Positions 9,866 through 18,752 of a stretch of DNA of 59,811 nt are shown here, in pieces; position 1 is the first letter of the stretch; each line of letters opens with the position of its first letter. Both the position numbers and the translations under genes were made by a program. This stretch comes from Candidatus Omnitrophota bacterium (GTDB lineage: Bacteria; Omnitrophota; Gorgyraeia; Zapsychrales; Fredricksoniimonadaceae), in contig JABDCU010000009.1 in assembly GCA_013287965.1 (NCBI GenBank), forward strand, positions 1 to 59,811, written 5' to 3'. The notes under the pieces are model-generated. The model searched no databases. It saw only the letters and a list, made by a program, of their open reading frames with translations, and was not told where the DNA came from.

Positions 9866-10231
9866 ATGTTATTAGCAAAGAAACAGATCTTTATTGTCGA
9901 CGATGATGAGTCCGTGTGCCGTGCCCTTAAATTACTGATGATGACCTACGGGTTTGTGGTGGAGACATTTTCTTCCGCGGAGAAATTCCTGAGCGTGGTC
10001 TCCAACAGCACTCCGGGATGCCTGATCCTGGACATCCATTTGCCGGGGATGAATGGCTGGGACACGAAGAAAAAGCTCATGGAATCAGGCTCCAATCGTC
10101 CGGTCATTATGATCACCGCGGACAAAGAAGAAGGCCTCAAAGAGCGGGCTTTTAAAGCAGGGGCCTTGGGATCTTTGCAAAAACCATTTTATGACCAGCA
10201 GCTGGTTGATCTGATCAATTTGTCTTTTTAA
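9866..10231 (+). CDS. Single-domain response regulator (paralog of 6964..7326)
   Basis: IVDDDESVCRALK shared with the paralog; LDIHLPG; LQKP; SD AAGGAG. Confidence 0.9.
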   Translation: MLLAKKQIFIVDDDESVCRALKLLMMTYGFVVETFSSAEKFLSVVSNSTPGCLILDIHLPGMNGWDTKKKLMESGSNRPVIMITADKEEGLKERAFKAGALGSLQKPFYDQQLVDLINLSF

Positions 10232-10243
10232 GGAAAAGTATTC

Positions 10244-10675
10244 ATGGTAAAAGAAATGATCCGGTTTACGATCGCGGGGACCATTGTCACCGTGGTGGAT
10301 TTCAGTATTTACTATGTCCTGTTCCATTTTTTTCCATATAATGTGTCTAAAGGGGCTTCTTTTGTCTGCGCGGGCATTGTTGGGTACTTGCTTTACAAGT
10401 ACTGGACCTTTAAGAACATCCACCCGTCGCATACCGAAGTGCTTCGTTATGTGTTCATTAATTCTTTAGCTTTGGGGATCAATGTTTTCATCAATCATCG
10501 TGTCCTGAGCCATTGGCCTGGGGCTGTTCTCATGGCCTTGATCACAGCTACGTCATTAACGTGTTTATTTACCTTTATTTTCTTTAAATGTTGGGTTTTT
10601 AAGGTTTCTTTGATAGCAGAGAAGAGAGGTATTAAAAGTGGAGAAAACGATAAAAGCCCTTACCCTGCGACCTGA
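10244..10675 (+). CDS. GtrA-family membrane protein
   Basis: RFTIAG..TVVDF, KYWTF, KCWVF; four TM helices. Confidence 0.8.
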   Translation: MVKEMIRFTIAGTIVTVVDFSIYYVLFHFFPYNVSKGASFVCAGIVGYLLYKYWTFKNIHPSHTEVLRYVFINSLALGINVFINHRVLSHWPGAVLMALITATSLTCLFTFIFFKCWVFKVSLIAEKRGIKSGENDKSPYPAT

Positions 10676-12110
10676 TGATCTTGTTATATTGAATTCAGGA
10701 GAAAAGATAGATCCGCAGGAGTTGGAGAAGTTCTACGCCAAGGTGGCTCCTGTCAAAGAGATCTGTGTTCTCACTGTCTCAGGAATGCATGGTGTCAGGA
10801 AATCAAGGGTCCTATGGGCCATCATTCAGCCGGACCTGGATAGTTTCAGGAAATTTGGCGAAGTGAATTTACGCGCCGTCATTAAGGAAAGATTTGATAA
10901 TGCCTCGCAATCGGTCCCTTTTAATAAAAGGCTTAAAGGTTTTACCATTACCCTTGAGGACCTGCCGCATACCACAGCTGATGAATTAGATAGGCCCGCG
11001 GTCAAGAAAATATATGAAACCAGGGTCATAGCAGGCAAAGAAGGGGCGCTTCCTGTATCAGGAGAGCTTCCAGCAGAGGACCTTTTGTTGACAAAGTCCG
11101 TGGTCGGCATAAGGATCCTGAAATGCCTGAAGCAACAAAGCGGTATTAGAAGACCGATCACGCCGTCGGATTCTTTAGAGCTGGACCTTGGCATAGATTC
11201 ATTAGGCAGGATAGAACTTGCTTCTTGCCTTGAGTCATCTTTTAGCGCTGATTTAAAAGTAGAAACGATCGCGCAGGCCTTTAGTGTCAAAGACCTTATC
11301 CTGGGAATAACAGATGCGTTAAGAGGCGCCAAAGAGATCCCTCCGGAGGACGAAGGGGTGGTTACAGGAGAAGATTATTGGAAAGAACGTTTACAAATAC
11401 TGCCAAAGAAAGAAACCTTGGATATGCTGGAATTGGGAGCTGGTTACTTCGCGTGGCTCTTTCGATTTACTTTAACAGCCGTAGATTTTTTGATCTTCAA
11501 GGTATTTTTTAGGGTCAAGGCAGAAGGTCCTGATAATGTGCCCAAAGAAGGGGCCTATATTTTATACGGCAATCATACGAGTTTTCTTGATGGGCCGGCC
11601 ATCGGTGCCAGTCTGCCGCGTAGACCGGGGTTTCAGATCTTTTATTTTGTTTTCGGTCCGTATTTCTTCAGGCCCTTCGTCAAGAATCGTGTCTTAAGGA
11701 ACCTGGTCAAGATGGGAAGGTTCATTCCTTTTGATTTTTCAACGCATTTTTTGGATGCCCTGCGCAGCTGTTATTTTGTGCTAAAACACGGCAAAGGTTT
11801 GTGTTTCTTTCCGGAAGGGTTACGCAGTGTTACCGGTGAAGTGGGGGAATTTAAAAAAGGCTTTGGCATTTTGGCTAAGGAGACAGGGGCAAAACTGGTA
11901 CCTGTGGCTATAGAAGGGGCCCATGAAGCCTGGCCGAGTACGTCAAAGTATCCCCGATGTCATCCGATCCGGGTGAGATTCGGCAAACCTCTTCTTCCGG
12001 AAGATCTGCAAAAGGAAGGCTTGAGCATGGGCACAAAAGATCCCTACGAAGCCATTTGCCTGGCCGCAAGAAAAGCGCTTATAGAGCTAAAAGAGAAAGG
12101 CACGCCATGA
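10638..12110 (+). CDS. Fusion of an acyl-CoA synthetase C-terminal remnant, ACP and PlsC-type acyltransferase
   Basis: SGEKIDPQELE (AMP-binding C-terminal-like); ACP DLGIDSLG; acyltransferase NHTSFLD and FFPEG; GTG start after GAGG. Confidence 0.8.
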   Translation: MEKTIKALTLRPDDLVILNSGEKIDPQELEKFYAKVAPVKEICVLTVSGMHGVRKSRVLWAIIQPDLDSFRKFGEVNLRAVIKERFDNASQSVPFNKRLKGFTITLEDLPHTTADELDRPAVKKIYETRVIAGKEGALPVSGELPAEDLLLTKSVVGIRILKCLKQQSGIRRPITPSDSLELDLGIDSLGRIELASCLESSFSADLKVETIAQAFSVKDLILGITDALRGAKEIPPEDEGVVTGEDYWKERLQILPKKETLDMLELGAGYFAWLFRFTLTAVDFLIFKVFFRVKAEGPDNVPKEGAYILYGNHTSFLDGPAIGASLPRRPGFQIFYFVFGPYFFRPFVKNRVLRNLVKMGRFIPFDFSTHFLDALRSCYFVLKHGKGLCFFPEGLRSVTGEVGEFKKGFGILAKETGAKLVPVAIEGAHEAWPSTSKYPRCHPIRVRFGKPLLPEDLQKEGLSMGTKDPYEAICLAARKALIELKEKGTP

Positions 12111-13396
12111 ATATTTTATTAATGACCAACACCTATAAGCCATTGGTAGGCGGATTGGAAAAATCCGTGAGCAGTTTTACTAAAGAATATAGAGAAGCAG
12201 GTCATAGGGTCATTATCATAGCCCCTGAATTCCCTGATATGCAGCCTGAAGAGGATGTGATCCGTATCCCGGCGTTCAAGCATTATAACGGGTCAAATTT
12301 CTCTGTGCAGCTGCCTATTCAGGGGACCCTGACAAAGGCTTTGGGGGATTTTCGTCCTCATATCGTCCATTCCCAGCATCCCTTCCTTATTGGGGACACG
12401 GCCTTGCGCATAGCGGCTAAGTATAATGTGCCCTTAGTTTTTACCCATCACAGCTTGTACGAAGAAAATGTCCATTATATGCCGGGTAATATCGAGGCCC
12501 TTAAACGTTTTATGATCGAATTATCAACGGGCTATGCGAATCTGGCTGACCATGTTTTTGCTCCCAGTGAAAGTGTGATGCAGATGTTGAAAGAAAGAGG
12601 GGTGATGACCGCCATTGACGTGGTCCCCACCGGTATTTACACAGAGCAGTTTTCCCGGGGAGCTGGAAAGGCTTTTCGTAAAAGATTTAATATCCCTGCG
12701 GATGCTTTTGTGGTGGGCCATGTGGGCAGGCTCGCCCCTGAAAAGAACCTGGAATTTGTCACGCGCGCTGCTGCCCAATTTCTTAAGAAGGAACCCAGGG
12801 CCCATTTTTTAATAGGGGGTACGGGTCCCTCTGAAGGTTCTATCAAGGAGATCATGGCCCAGGAAGGGCTCACCGACCGTTTACATTTGGCAGGTATGCT
12901 TAAGGGAAAAGACCTGGTGGATGCCTATCATGCCATGGATGTGTTTGTATTCGCGTCACAAAGCGAGACACAAGGCTTGGTCATTACTGAGGCCATGGCC
13001 GCCGGCATCCCTGTGGTGGCTGTTGACGCTCCTGGTGTCCGGGAAGTCGTGAAAGACGGCGTGAATGGCCGTTTACTTGCCCATGAATCAATGGAAGATT
13101 TTGTTGAGGGCCTAGTGTGGTTAAATAAATTATCTGCTCCTCAAGTCAAAAAGATCAAACACGCGTGCAAAGAAACAGCCCAACATTTCTTAATGAAGGA
13201 TTGCGCTCAGAAAGCCTTGAAGATCTATGTTTCACTTGCCACTAATAATGGCTTTTGCCGTCGCCATAAAGAAGAAGGCTTTTGGTCAAAAGCTGTACAT
13301 TCTATCCAGGCCCAATGGGGTACAGCTAAAAATCTGACCCATGCGACAGAAGCCTACATATCTCCAGCCCTTGTTCCGGAGCAAGCCGCTGCATGA
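12107..13396 (+). CDS. Glycosyltransferase family 4 (diacylglycerol glucosyltransferase-like)
   Basis: MNILLMTNTYKPLVGG; HSQHPF; ETQGLVITEAMAAG (EX7E); ATGA overlap. Confidence 0.88.
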   Translation: MNILLMTNTYKPLVGGLEKSVSSFTKEYREAGHRVIIIAPEFPDMQPEEDVIRIPAFKHYNGSNFSVQLPIQGTLTKALGDFRPHIVHSQHPFLIGDTALRIAAKYNVPLVFTHHSLYEENVHYMPGNIEALKRFMIELSTGYANLADHVFAPSESVMQMLKERGVMTAIDVVPTGIYTEQFSRGAGKAFRKRFNIPADAFVVGHVGRLAPEKNLEFVTRAAAQFLKKEPRAHFLIGGTGPSEGSIKEIMAQEGLTDRLHLAGMLKGKDLVDAYHAMDVFVFASQSETQGLVITEAMAAGIPVVAVDAPGVREVVKDGVNGRLLAHESMEDFVEGLVWLNKLSAPQVKKIKHACKETAQHFLMKDCAQKALKIYVSLATNNGFCRRHKEEGFWSKAVHSIQAQWGTAKNLTHATEAYISPALVPEQAAA

Positions 13397-14127
13397 AACA
13401 ATCGGGATATTTAACGACTTCAGACCATCATCGGATCCATTATGACCAATTTAAGGCTGGTCATAAGAGGGTCATCATTATTGCTCATGGTTTTTTCAAC
13501 AGTAAACAGGCCGTTGTTCTCAAGCGGTTGGCAGGATCGTTAAACAATGAATATGATGTTATTTTGTTTGATTTTAGGGGCCATGGCCAAAGCAAAGGAC
13601 TGTTTTATTGGACAGCAAAGGAATATTTAGACCTGGTGAGTGTTGTCGAGTTTGCCGGCAGGAGTTATGAGCGGATCGGGTTGATCGGCCTTTCTTTAGG
13701 GGCAGCCACAAGCATTATTGCTGCCTCCAAGACGTCCTTGATCAACAGTATTATTTCTATCAGCGCTCCGGTGGAATTTACAAAGATTGATTATCGTTTT
13801 TGGGAGCTTAATGTCAAAAATGACCTATTTTATAATTTGTTCGGTGAGGGCAGGCAAGGTAAGGGAGTCAGGCCGGGGCCTTTCTGGTTTAAGAAAGAAA
13901 AACCCCTCGCGGTAGTTAAGAAAACAAAAACCCCCATTTTTTATATTCATGGCGATTCTGATTGGGTCATCCGGTATTGGCATTCGGAGGAGCTTTATAA
14001 AAATACGACGGCTTTTAAACGGTTAAGCATTATTAAAAATGGACCGCATGCTGAGCATCTTTTTCTTGAGCACAAAGATGAGATGCTGCGTTTAATTCGG
14101 GAATGGTTCCGTGAAACTTTGAAGTAA
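13393..14127 (+). CDS. Alpha/beta hydrolase
   Basis: HGF, DFRGHG, nucleophile GLSLG, HGDSD, GPH. Confidence 0.88.
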   Translation: MKQSGYLTTSDHHRIHYDQFKAGHKRVIIIAHGFFNSKQAVVLKRLAGSLNNEYDVILFDFRGHGQSKGLFYWTAKEYLDLVSVVEFAGRSYERIGLIGLSLGAATSIIAASKTSLINSIISISAPVEFTKIDYRFWELNVKNDLFYNLFGEGRQGKGVRPGPFWFKKEKPLAVVKKTKTPIFYIHGDSDWVIRYWHSEELYKNTTAFKRLSIIKNGPHAEHLFLEHKDEMLRLIREWFRETLK

Positions 14128-14134
14128 GGCCGCG

Positions 14135-14178
14135 TTATACCCCAGTACAATTGTTTTTCTTTGTCCCCTCCCTAAAAT
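14135..14178 (+). promoter_or_regulatory. Conserved operator + promoter, copy 4
   Basis: TTATACCCCAGTACAA, then TTGTTT(14151)-N16-TAAAAT(14173). Confidence 0.75.
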
Positions 14179-14231
14179 AAGATCATAAACAATTCACATC
14201 CTTAACAGTAATGCTCAATGGGGGAAAAGCT

Positions 14232-14432
14232 ATGATTACACAAATTGGAGTTGCTTCAGGAGAGATTTTAAATCTGATCGATGAGAAAAAAAGACCGGTC
14301 AGCCTCAGTGAGATTGAATCCCATTTAGAAAATGAAAAGGAATTGACGTATATGAGCATTGGTTGGCTGGTGCGGGAAGGGCATGTGCATTTAGTTAATA
14401 AAGGAAGAGAAAAATATTTATGTAGTTGTTAG
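14232..14432 (+). CDS. Small winged-helix protein (DUF2582-like)
   Basis: IGVASGEILNL...MSIGWLVREG resembles the IG.AAG...AIGWLARE pattern. Confidence 0.75.
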   Translation: MITQIGVASGEILNLIDEKKRPVSLSEIESHLENEKELTYMSIGWLVREGHVHLVNKGREKYLCSC

Positions 14433-14456
14433 AAGGCACATAACAAGGAGGGTTCT

Positions 14457-14615
14457 ATGACAAATCAAAAAGACCGAAAGTTTTGTAAATTTAGCGACAA
14501 GGAGAAAGAATTTTCTAAGTCTATCCATGGTTGGTTAGCTCAATATGACGAAGAGGATGATTTTTTATGTGGGAAGGTTTCGCATTCTTTGCCGGAGTTT
14601 ACGGAAGAAGAATAA
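14457..14615 (+). CDS. Small hypothetical protein, 52 aa (not in ORF track)
   Basis: Strong SD AAGGAGG; MTNQKDRKFCKFSDKEKEFSKSIHGWLAQYDEEDDFLCGKVSHSLPEFTEEE; fills the gap up to the next promoter. Confidence 0.55.
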   Translation: MTNQKDRKFCKFSDKEKEFSKSIHGWLAQYDEEDDFLCGKVSHSLPEFTEEE

Positions 14616-14623
14616 TTCTATCG

Positions 14624-14667
14624 TTATACCCCGGTACAATTGATATTATTTTGCCTTTCCTTAGAAT
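14624..14667 (+). promoter_or_regulatory. Conserved operator + promoter, copy 5
   Basis: TTATACCCCGGTACAA, then TTGATA(14640)-N16-TAGAAT(14662). Confidence 0.8.
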
Positions 14668-14692
14668 AGTATCAGGAAGTTAAAAGGAGTTA

Positions 14693-15565
14693 ATGGGGGT
14701 AAATATGAAAATATTAGGTATTGTTTTAAGTTGTTTGTTGGTAGCTGGTTTTGTCCCTGCTTTTGGGGCAACAGCCCGCAGTTTCGATTTCACTGATGAG
14801 ACTTCCAATGTGCTGGTGCAAAAAGCTTGGGGTGGCTTGACTGCCAAGGATTTAGAGGCAGTAGAAGCCTATGTTAACAAAGTTGACCAGATTTACGCCA
14901 GTAAAGCTGCAACCATGCAGGCGAGCCTTCAAGATTATGCCTCTGGCAGCAATGAGCAGATCTTTAAGTACTGGGCGCTGAACGATGTCAGCACCGCGTG
15001 GTTTATTTTGGGCAAGGCTTATCGTAATGCCGGTAAGAAAGATGAAGCTATCAAGGCCTACACTAAAGTCATCAATGATTTTTCTTATGGCCAGTGCTGG
15101 GATGTCAAAGGTTGGTTCTGGAAACCTGCCCAAGCTGCCAAAGAAGAAATAGCCATGATCCAGTCCGGTTCTAACGTGGATTTCGGTGATTATTCTTCCA
15201 GCACCCTGGTCCAAAAAGCTTGGGGCTCTTTAGCTGCCAAGGATTTAAGTTCAGTAGAGGCGTATGTTAACAAGACGGATGAATTTTATTCCAATAAGGC
15301 CAAAGACATGCAGGCAAGTCTTCAAACTTTTGCCTCCGGCAGCAATGACCAGATCTTTAAATATTGGGCGCTTAATGATCTCGGCACCGCATGGTTTATT
15401 TTAGGTGAAGCCTATCAAAATGCCGGCAAAAATGAACAGGCCACCCAGGCTTACAAAAAAGTCATCAATGAATATTCTTTTGCGCAATGCTGGGACCCTC
15501 AAGGTTTCTTTTGGAACCCCACTGAAGCCGCCCAACAGAAATTAGTGGAATTAGACATTAAGTAG
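14693..15565 (+). CDS. Secreted TPR-like protein made of two tandem ~125 aa repeats
   Basis: Signal peptide; duplicated LVQKAW...QIFKYWALND...AWFILG.AY...QCWD..G.FW.P..AA; start may be 14705. Confidence 0.8.
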   Translation: MGVNMKILGIVLSCLLVAGFVPAFGATARSFDFTDETSNVLVQKAWGGLTAKDLEAVEAYVNKVDQIYASKAATMQASLQDYASGSNEQIFKYWALNDVSTAWFILGKAYRNAGKKDEAIKAYTKVINDFSYGQCWDVKGWFWKPAQAAKEEIAMIQSGSNVDFGDYSSSTLVQKAWGSLAAKDLSSVEAYVNKTDEFYSNKAKDMQASLQTFASGSNDQIFKYWALNDLGTAWFILGEAYQNAGKNEQATQAYKKVINEYSFAQCWDPQGFFWNPTEAAQQKLVELDIK

Positions 15566-15595
15566 AAGGGGTGCGTCAATATAAGTTAAATTAGG

Positions 15596-15622
15596 AAGGT
15601 CGCCTGAAAAGGCCGCCTTTTT
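15596..15622 (+). terminator. Rho-independent terminator
   Basis: AAGGTCGCCT-GAAA-AGGCCGCCTT followed by a T run. Confidence 0.6.
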
Positions 15623-15649
15623 AATTGGGTGGTTTTATTGCCATTTAAT

Positions 15650-15678
15650 TTGACAAATAATCAATATTATGTTATGAT
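15650..15678 (+). promoter_or_regulatory. sigma70 promoter of the trb operon
   Basis: TTGACA-N17-TATGAT with extended TG; SD AAGGAG before trbC. Confidence 0.7.
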
Positions 15679-15718
15679 TCAGCAAAGTTAAAAAGGCGCA
15701 TAAAAAGGAGAAATTGTT

Positions 15719-16033
15719 ATGAAAAAGTTAAAAGTTTTTTTAGTTCTATCCGTGTTGATGATCTTGTTTGTTGGCAATGCATCCGCAACGACAAGCTCGC
15801 AAATTTTAGTGATGTCCAATCAACTGTATCAAATCGCTAAAGATTTAACAACGGGGATGTTCCCGACAGCCATTCTCCTCATCGCGATTGGTTTTTGGGG
15901 CATCGTTAATGCATTCGGAAAAGGCATCGGAGACGGTCTGCACCAGTTAACGAACATAATAGCCGTTGGGGGCATTGTATTCTTTGCCTCTTCCCTATTA
16001 GTCAACGCGGCCATGTTTTCAGCACAAGTGTAA
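15719..16033 (+). CDS. trbC: TrbC/VirB2-like pilin
   Basis: Signal peptide plus two hydrophobic helices; first gene of the trb operon. Confidence 0.7.
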   Translation: MKKLKVFLVLSVLMILFVGNASATTSSQILVMSNQLYQIAKDLTTGMFPTAILLIAIGFWGIVNAFGKGIGDGLHQLTNIIAVGGIVFFASSLLVNAAMFSAQV

Positions 16034-16039
16034 AAAAAT

Positions 16040-16357
16040 ATGATCGATCAAAAAACAAGCACACCGGTATTCCAGAGTTTGACCAGGCCGATCTTATTAT
16101 TAGGAGGGGAGCGGGAGAACATTATTCTTTTGGCTTGTCTCTCACTAAGCTTATGCACTGTCGGCCGGGATTTCATATCGCTTATTTTGGCCGTATTAAT
16201 ATGGACTATCGGGATCATCGCCAGCAAATGGATGGCTAAAACCGACCCCTGGGCCACCAAGGTATTTCTAAGGTCACTTTTATACCGGGATTTTTACGGC
16301 GCGCGGGAGAGGATAAATACGCCCGCGTGTATTTTAAAACGTAGCAGGAAGATCTAA
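16040..16357 (+). CDS. trbD: TrbD/VirB3
   Basis: SLTRPILLLGGERE and MAKTDP motifs. Confidence 0.85.
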   Translation: MIDQKTSTPVFQSLTRPILLLGGERENIILLACLSLSLCTVGRDFISLILAVLIWTIGIIASKWMAKTDPWATKVFLRSLLYRDFYGARERINTPACILKRSRKI

Positions 16358-16358
16358 T

Positions 16359-18752
16359 ATGCTGCCGGTCAAAGAATTCACAGAGGGCCCTGCGGGATTT
16401 CCTTCGCTCATCAATTACTTTGAATTTGTGGATGAGGGCGTTTTGTTCAATCGTGACGGGAGTCTTTTGGGTTGCTTTTACTATTGCGGCCCGGACATGG
16501 ATTCATCCTTAGGTCTGGAAGAAGACCAACTATCTTCCCAGGTCCAGTCGATCTTCCAGAATTTCGGCAATGGCTGGTCCGTGCATGTGGATTTGCTCAG
16601 GGTGCCTGCGATCGAGTATCCTCAAACCCATCATTTTAATAACCCGACTTCCCTATTAATTGAAAAGCAGCGGCGAAAGCAGTATGAGAAGGAAGGCGAT
16701 CATTTTGAAAATATCTATGCCATTAGTTTTTGTTATTTGCCTTCAGTGGTTGAAAAATCCACCCCAAGCCTTGAATTCATTATTGAAGTTTTTAACCAGA
16801 AATTAGGGGAATTCCAGGGAAATATTGCCAATAAAATACATATCAAACGCATGAGCTCCGCAGAGATGATGACCTTTCTTGATCGCTGCATCTGCGGCGG
16901 CAGATCAGAAATACCGGTCCCTCAGCCGCCTTGTTACCTTAATCATTACCTGGGCGCGCATGAGTTCGTAGGCGGCCATGAACCCATGATCGATGATAAT
17001 CATATCGGGGTCATCACACTGACCCAATTTCCTCACGAGAGTTTTGCCGGGATTTTGAATATCCTCTCAACCCTGCCGTTTGAATACAGGTTTTCTTCAC
17101 GGTTCCTTTTTTATGACCCCATTGATGCTTTAGGCATCGTCGAGGAATACCAGGGCAAATACTTGGGGATGAAATATTCTATCGGACAGATGATCATGGG
17201 TGCTTTTGGTAAAGATCCGCGTTTAAACCCTGATGCCGCCAACCGTTCTGTGTTGACGAAAATAGAGGAAACCAGGCAAGCCCAGGAAGCTATCGAAATG
17301 GGCCAAGTCAATTACGGCTATGCCACTTTTGTGGTGGTGATCTTAGACAGCAATAAAGCTGAGTGCAAAAGGAAGATGGAATACATCAGGGATTTGCTCA
17401 ACAACAATTGGTTTCCCTGCATGATCGAAAAAATGAATGCCATAGAAAGCTATCTTGGCAGTTTGCCGGGGGAAACCCTCAAAAATATCCGTAAACCATT
17501 TATCAATACCCGCAATCTGGCGAATATGCTGCCCCTGACCGATGTTTGGACAGGGGCCTTGTATAATCCTTGTCCCTATTATCCTAAAAATTCACCGCCG
17601 CTTTTTTATGCGGCCACCAACGGAACAACTCCTTTCAGGTTCAATGTGCATGTGGGCGATGTCGGGCATACCTTGATACTTGGGCCCACCGGAGCGGGTA
17701 AATCAGTTTTATTGTCCCATATTGCCAATTCAGCGTTGCGCTATGAAGGCGCCCAAGTCTACATTTTCGATAAGGGCCACAGCCAGTTTGTCCTGACCCA
17801 TGCCGTGGGAGGGGAGTTTTACGATATTTTGGGTGATGATGACGATCTATCGTTTTGTCCTTTAAGTAATTTAGAAGATTTGAGTGAGCAGAAATGGGCT
17901 TGCAGCTGGATTGAGCGGATCGTTGCCCTACAGGGGGTTGTCATGGGCCCGGCCATTCGCGCGGCCATTGAAGCAGCCATCCGCGATACCGGCAGATCTT
18001 CTTCCAAGACGCTGTCGGATTTTTATTTAAACCTTCAAAATGACCAGATCAAAGAAGCCCTGAAACCGTTTGTGCAGATCAAAGAGGGCTATATGTCTTC
18101 TCTATTAGATGCCAAGGAAGACGGATTTAAAAAGGGTAAATTCCAGACTTTTGAAATTTCAAACCTGATGGGATTGGATAACAGGCTAAGCACCCCTGTT
18201 TTGCTTTATTTATTTCATAAGATCCAATGTTCCCTTGACGGACGTCCGACCTTTATCATTATTGATGAAGGCTGGCTGATCATGCTACATGAAACGTTCA
18301 TGACCTACTGGATAGAATTTTTAAGGACCATCAGGAAAAATAATGCCTGTGTGCTTTTAGCCACTCAGAGCCTTTCAGATATTGTCAATTCACCCTATGT
18401 CAGTTTTATTAATGAAAGCTGTTTTACAAAGGTCTTTTTGCCTAATCCGGCAGCACGGGAAGCGGACAATAAAAAATTTTATCAGGCCTTTGGCTTAAAT
18501 GAGCGGCAAATTGAGATCATTAGTGAAGCTGTCCGTAAAAAACACTATTACGTGACTAGCCGTGATGTGGGGCATCGCTTGATTGACCTGGGGTTAAAAA
18601 ATTTAGAGCTGGCTTTTTATGGGGCAGGGACATCGCCGCAGGAAAGGCAAAAGGTCAAGGAACTAAGGAAGAATTTCGGGGACAAATGGGTCGCTGAGTG
18701 GCTTAAGGGTAAGGGATTGATTTCAGAAGCCCAAGAATGGTTAAAACTATGA
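16359..18752 (+). CDS. trbE: TrbE/VirB4 ATPase
   Basis: GPDMDS, YLGSLPG, DVGHTLILGPTGAGKS (Walker A), IIIDEGW (Walker B), ATQSLSD, FLPNP. Confidence 0.93.
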   Translation: MLPVKEFTEGPAGFPSLINYFEFVDEGVLFNRDGSLLGCFYYCGPDMDSSLGLEEDQLSSQVQSIFQNFGNGWSVHVDLLRVPAIEYPQTHHFNNPTSLLIEKQRRKQYEKEGDHFENIYAISFCYLPSVVEKSTPSLEFIIEVFNQKLGEFQGNIANKIHIKRMSSAEMMTFLDRCICGGRSEIPVPQPPCYLNHYLGAHEFVGGHEPMIDDNHIGVITLTQFPHESFAGILNILSTLPFEYRFSSRFLFYDPIDALGIVEEYQGKYLGMKYSIGQMIMGAFGKDPRLNPDAANRSVLTKIEETRQAQEAIEMGQVNYGYATFVVVILDSNKAECKRKMEYIRDLLNNNWFPCMIEKMNAIESYLGSLPGETLKNIRKPFINTRNLANMLPLTDVWTGALYNPCPYYPKNSPPLFYAATNGTTPFRFNVHVGDVGHTLILGPTGAGKSVLLSHIANSALRYEGAQVYIFDKGHSQFVLTHAVGGEFYDILGDDDDLSFCPLSNLEDLSEQKWACSWIERIVALQGVVMGPAIRAAIEAAIRDTGRSSSKTLSDFYLNLQNDQIKEALKPFVQIKEGYMSSLLDAKEDGFKKGKFQTFEISNLMGLDNRLSTPVLLYLFHKIQCSLDGRPTFIIIDEGWLIMLHETFMTYWIEFLRTIRKNNACVLLATQSLSDIVNSPYVSFINESCFTKVFLPNPAAREADNKKFYQAFGLNERQIEIISEAVRKKHYYVTSRDVGHRLIDLGLKNLELAFYGAGTSPQERQKVKELRKNFGDKWVAEWLKGKGLISEAQEWLKL

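Noticed and set aside
2643-14667. Repeated 20 bp motif as a CRISPR repeat or IS end
   Set aside because: Copies are 0.5-5 kb apart, always at the same distance from a -10 box, and there are no cas or transposase genes
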